A stretch of 51,810 bases of DNA, counting the filler, from Bipalium vagum (taxonomy: Eukaryota): the NCBI GenBank assembly GCA_037834085.1. It is 3 parts of 3 records of this genome, joined end to end, with 100 filler letters (N's around TTAATTAATTAA, not from the genome) between each part and the next. Parts side by side here need not be neighbours in the genome. Positions count along the whole stretch, not along the records: positions 34,036 to 51,810 come from JBBMKC010051972.1; 2 more parts are not named here. The stretch is one strand, 5' to 3'. This document shows, piece by piece, positions 47,466-51,810 of the stretch. Position 1 is the first letter of the stretch. Every line of letters begins with the position of its first letter. The notes under the pieces were generated by a model. That model was not told where the DNA came from, did not search any database, and saw only the letters and a program-made list of their open reading frames with translations. The translations under genes and the position numbers were made by a program.

Positions 47466-49594
47466 GTTAAAGTAGTTAGGCAATTAACAATTTACATTTT
47501 GATTAAACTACAACAGAAAAATTTGATGGTTTTGTATTCAATTTTTGTATTATTTTTTGTTTTTTCATCTCATCTTGGATTCAAAGGCATCATTTTTTTC
47601 GCCATTATTGTCAGCTTCAAAGGAAACATGTCCATTTAATTCAAGCTCTGTAAATAAATTATATTCCTTTATCTCTTTACTAATTGAATAGATATTGCAT
47701 CAGATTTCAAGATTTTTGTAATGTATTGTTGCTCATACATCCTAATTTTTTTACAGATATCAGTTTACGTAAATACATATTTGTGACTGCTTGTTCAAAC
47801 AATGAAATACGTTTCAATTTATATAGCATGAAAATATTCATCATCCTTTGATAAATATTTATTCAGATTTCTAGAATTGTTAACTTAAAGATTAAACCAA
47901 ACTAAGACCGTTAACTTGTTATCAAGGAGATTTCACATTTGGTTTTATAATATATGCCTGTTTGAATAAGACTGTCCACAAAATAGTTACATTTTGTACA
48001 TTGATTTAACCATCATGTGGACGAATGAAAACGTTCTTGGATTAATGATCTTTATTCTTAAATATGGCTCAAGTAATTTTGTGTCAATTTTGTACACATT
48101 CATTTTTTGGACGATCATTAGAGTTATTGGTCAACTTGAATCTTCTAGATTTTGATGAATCTGTTAAAGCTATATTCGTAGTTCGGTCAATTGTAAGGCT
48201 AATATTTTAGGAATAAAGCTTTATCTTCAGATTATAATTAAATTTATGACATTTACAAAAAATGAAGGGTTCCAAGAAAAATCAATTTAACACTCATGAT
48301 CAGTTCAATGGTTACAAGAAAAAATTCAAATCTCATTTTGGAGTTTTCACTGTTGGACAGTGTCATTGAGCCGAATGAATGCAATTCGACCTGTTTTTCA
48401 TTAATAGTCACGTGTGTCAAATGTTATAGCGGTGAAATTAAAACTGAGGATCGAAATGAAAGTTTCGATGTTAGCACCAATTAAAACAATCTTCAGGATA
48501 AAACATTCAAAATTCTCTTAATGTATATTATGTTATATGATAAAATAAAGTTAGCTCAGAGAATTGAACATTTCAAAATGCTTAAGTTCATTTCTGAGGA
48601 GCACAGATAAACAAACAGACAAATCACGGTAAAATTGATTTTTTACAGTTAATTAAGAATTATAAAAAATAAATAAGTCAATTAAATTCGGTTAATTTTT
48701 TATAAAATATAAATATAATTGAAATCAAAATTGAATAATAATTTATGTTAATTTAAATTTCGTTTTCTTGTTTCCAAATGATCAGAAATTCGGGATAATC
48801 TCGGTTACTTTATTTATTACAAATTGGAAATTTAAGTGATTACTGGGTATTTGATTATTCCTCTTAGAGTTAATTAACTTTTCCATAAATTTAATTTGCA
48901 AAGGAAATTATCAAAATAAATGAAATATTTATGAAATATTTTGAGAAATTAATTTCTTCATCCTCTTCAAGAATTTATGTTCAAGTATCATTGATCTATC
49001 AATGTTTTTCAATGTGGTTTTGATAAAAAAAATTTCCTATATAAATTATGTTTTTAGATACAAGCGGAAACTGTTAAAGAAAAGACTAAGAAATGTTTCG
49101 TCAGATACAGAGTTTTATCAATCAATATATGAGGTTTTATCAAAAAATGAAATAAATGATAAATTCATAATTTTTTGATAAAATATAAATAATATGTATA
49201 TAAAAATTATTTTTAACCTTGATTGTTTTTTGACATTATCTTATTTGGATTAGTTTTAATTAGGGTCTTAAATGGTCATTTAATATGAATAAACGGGTAC
49301 AATTTTGGATAAAACTAGAAATCCACTTTAACCTATTTCGCATTTTTTCATGTTCAATTAATGGTCTTTAAGACTTCCAAAGATCACAAACACTCTTTAA
49401 ATTTCCCAAATATCTTCCTCTACATCGACACTATAGGTATTTCTTTTCATTTCAAGTATTCTAAATGCAGTTTGACAAATGTGACTGATTCCTTTGAAAA
49501 TTTTAAAATGTACTTCTTGGCTATCAGTAAAAAAATTGCACTCTTGAATATTTTAAAGAAGAATATTTTTTTTAAATAATATTTTTAGTTAATC

Positions 49595-49990
49595 AGAGAA
49601 ACATGGACAATCCATTGGCTTTTACTTTCTCCTGTTTGAATGCTAATCCCTGGTTGCTGTTCTTTTATTAATAACGATTCGCATATCTTCCGTTTATCGA
49701 TATTATCAAAATTAATCAAAATTACTACAAATTCTTTAGCGCTAACTTTACCTTTTCACACAACACAATTCAATGAATGATCTAAAACTTTATTGGTTCT
49801 GCTTAATTGCAAATGTTCACTGTTTCATGTTCTGAGGTGACGCTGTGTCTCCCTTACCTATAGGCTATTACACCCATGAAATTTAAATTCGTATACGATA
49901 TTAGCTTGCAATATTGCAGGTGTTGGCGTTGTAAATTTTAAAAAACTTTTTTTTTCGGTATCATTGAAATTACTTTTAGATCTTTATGCT
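49595..49990 (-). mobile_element. Penelope-like GIY-YIG endonuclease relic, same family as 27600-28070
   Basis: LQANIVYEFKFHGCNSL*VRETQRHLRT*NSEH...KVLDH...DKRKICESLLIKEQQP..QTGESKSQW. Confidence 0.85.
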
Positions 49991-51721
49991 CAACAATTTT
50001 TTCTATTATGTTCTTGAATGTTTTAAAAATGTGTAGTTTAAAATATGAATGACTGATGATGAACTGATAATAGTTCGAAAAATGTATCATGATAATAAAT
50101 GTTAAGAAAATTTTACTTTCAATTATTGAAATGCATTTATTTAAAAAATAATTGATTAATTAAAAAAATTGATGATGTTAACAAAATTAAAACTAATATA
50201 TATGTGTGTGTGTGTGTTGCTAAGGTACAAAATCAGACACTTTCTATACACACCCTGTCATTATATTTGATAAAAAGAATATAAAAACCCATAAATTGAT
50301 TTTATTATTACAGTAATCTTTTTCTAAATAATAACAGTTAAACATGATTCATAATACATTATTAAAATAACATTTTTTGGCTACAAATTAAAAAGTATAA
50401 CTTAAAATACAATTTTTTAAAAAATGAAATATCGGTATGTTTAAGTAACATAAAAAAACTAAAACTAATATACATAAGGGAAAAGTACAAAAGGGCACAC
50501 TAAATGTAGAAAAGAAAAAAGGAAAAAAATTATCTCAATCTCACATTTTCAGACAATTTTCGCAAAATTAAATGAGTCTAGCATCGAAGACGGTTCTAGA
50601 CTATTTGAGCAATCTCCACAAGAAAAAATCATCGCAAAATTTCTCATCCAATTACAAATTTGGACACATATTCAAGTGTCATCGATTTTGAGAAACATTA
50701 AAGAAAGATTTCGAAAGAGGAAATTAAATCAATTTGAAATTAAAAGAAGATAACCAGATTATTCGTGAGAACATATCGAATGTCAAATCAAAAGAACCAT
50801 TCTGATCTCGAGAATTAGACAAGAGATTTTTTAACAGATTCTAAAATTGGCATTCTTTTATATGAAATTCACAATTTATATTTCAAAAAATATCTAAAGA
50901 GTGCAAAAATTAAATTGTCATTAATTAAAAATTGATTCTGGAATTTACTTAAACTGTCGCATTTATAAATTGTTTTAATGATTTATTTCATCGGTAATTT
51001 TATTAATTATTTTTAAATTTTAATTGAAATGATGGTTGGAAGTGATGTATATAATAAAGAACATCAATGCTATAGATATTGATTACTTTTATTTTTAATT
51101 TATATATATTTTGATTTAAGATACCTAATCTTTTATATTATTTTTTTATATATCACTCTTGCTACTGAGTTGTTCGAAAAGTAACAAAACAAATTGAATT
51201 TGTTTCAATGACTTTAATATATGATTATTTTTTCATATTAACACAGGTAAATGAAAAACATCAAAACTTATGAAATAATGAAATAATAATAATGAAACTA
51301 CAACACAAGACCGATATAATATTCAAGAATGTGGTTCGATGTTATTCTCTAAGTTTTAACAAGAATTTTTTTTTTGAAGAATTATTTTTTAAAAATATAC
51401 ATTCTAAGTCTCATTTCCGTTTGGTCATTTACTAAATGCCTAAATTTTTGTGATATTGCTTAAATTTTGTTAAACTTAGATTACATTTTTTATTAAAATT
51501 AAGTTAATTCTGAAAAAAATTAAAAAATAATCAATTGTTATAAAAAATGAAATAATTAAGATAAATGGACAAATAAAATGATTATTTAACTTAATTAAAA
51601 ATATTCATAAATGTTTCAAAAAAGTAACAAAAAAGATATTGTCAATGGTGTTCTTGAATTAAAGCTTCTATTTTATTTTCATTATTAATAGCAATAATTA
51701 TATGATTATCATTCTCATTTA

Positions 51722-51810
51722 ATTATTATTTTAATTATTATTATTATTATTATTTATTATTATTATTATTATTATTATTTATTATTATTATTTATTATTA
51801 TTATTATTAT
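51722..51810. repeat. (TTA)n microsatellite at contig end
   Basis: Imperfect trinucleotide run. Confidence 0.97.

Noticed and set aside
48346-48370. IRE-like CAGTGT
   Set aside because: The flanks do not form the IRE upper stem and there is no associated gene.
866-49579. Most short ORFs in the track (e.g. 1047-1334, 4694-4909, 6216-6422, 15732-15923, 24481-24861, 31903-32184, 33651-33902, 37342-37626, 47451-47639, 49361-49579)
   Set aside because: They are AT-driven F/I/L/K/N-rich translations, many with non-ATG starts, or antisense shadows of real exons and TE relics.

Overview
Very AT-rich eukaryotic DNA, most likely from an invertebrate animal. The window is three contigs of about 17 kb (1-17007, 17108-33935, 34036-51810) joined by identical artificial 100-nt linkers (N44-TTAATTAATTAA-N44), so linkage across the linkers is unsupported. 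Contig 1 carries a complete six-exon 5-aminolevulinate synthase gene (+ strand, 547 aa by manual splicing) with two N-terminal CP heme-regulatory motifs. Contig 2 carries a spliced vigilin/HDLBP-like KH-repeat gene (- strand, about 505-509 aa) that appears to end after six KH units, against 14-15 in canonical vigilin. Contig 3 has no recognisable host gene. The rest is decayed transposable elements and simple repeats. These include IS630-Tc1-mariner relics (DD34D, DD37D-like, DD41D, and a TIR-delimited DD37E copy), Merlin/IS1595-like relics, Penelope-type GIY-YIG fragments, LINE relics, MITE/foldback elements, two copies of a tRNA-Ala-like repeat inside a longer hairpin, and (TTA)n microsatellites. 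All gene models and family calls were made by eye without database searches. I found no clear multi-gene novel system; the best leads are the apparently half-length vigilin, the tRNA-core hairpin repeat and regulatory oddities of ALAS.
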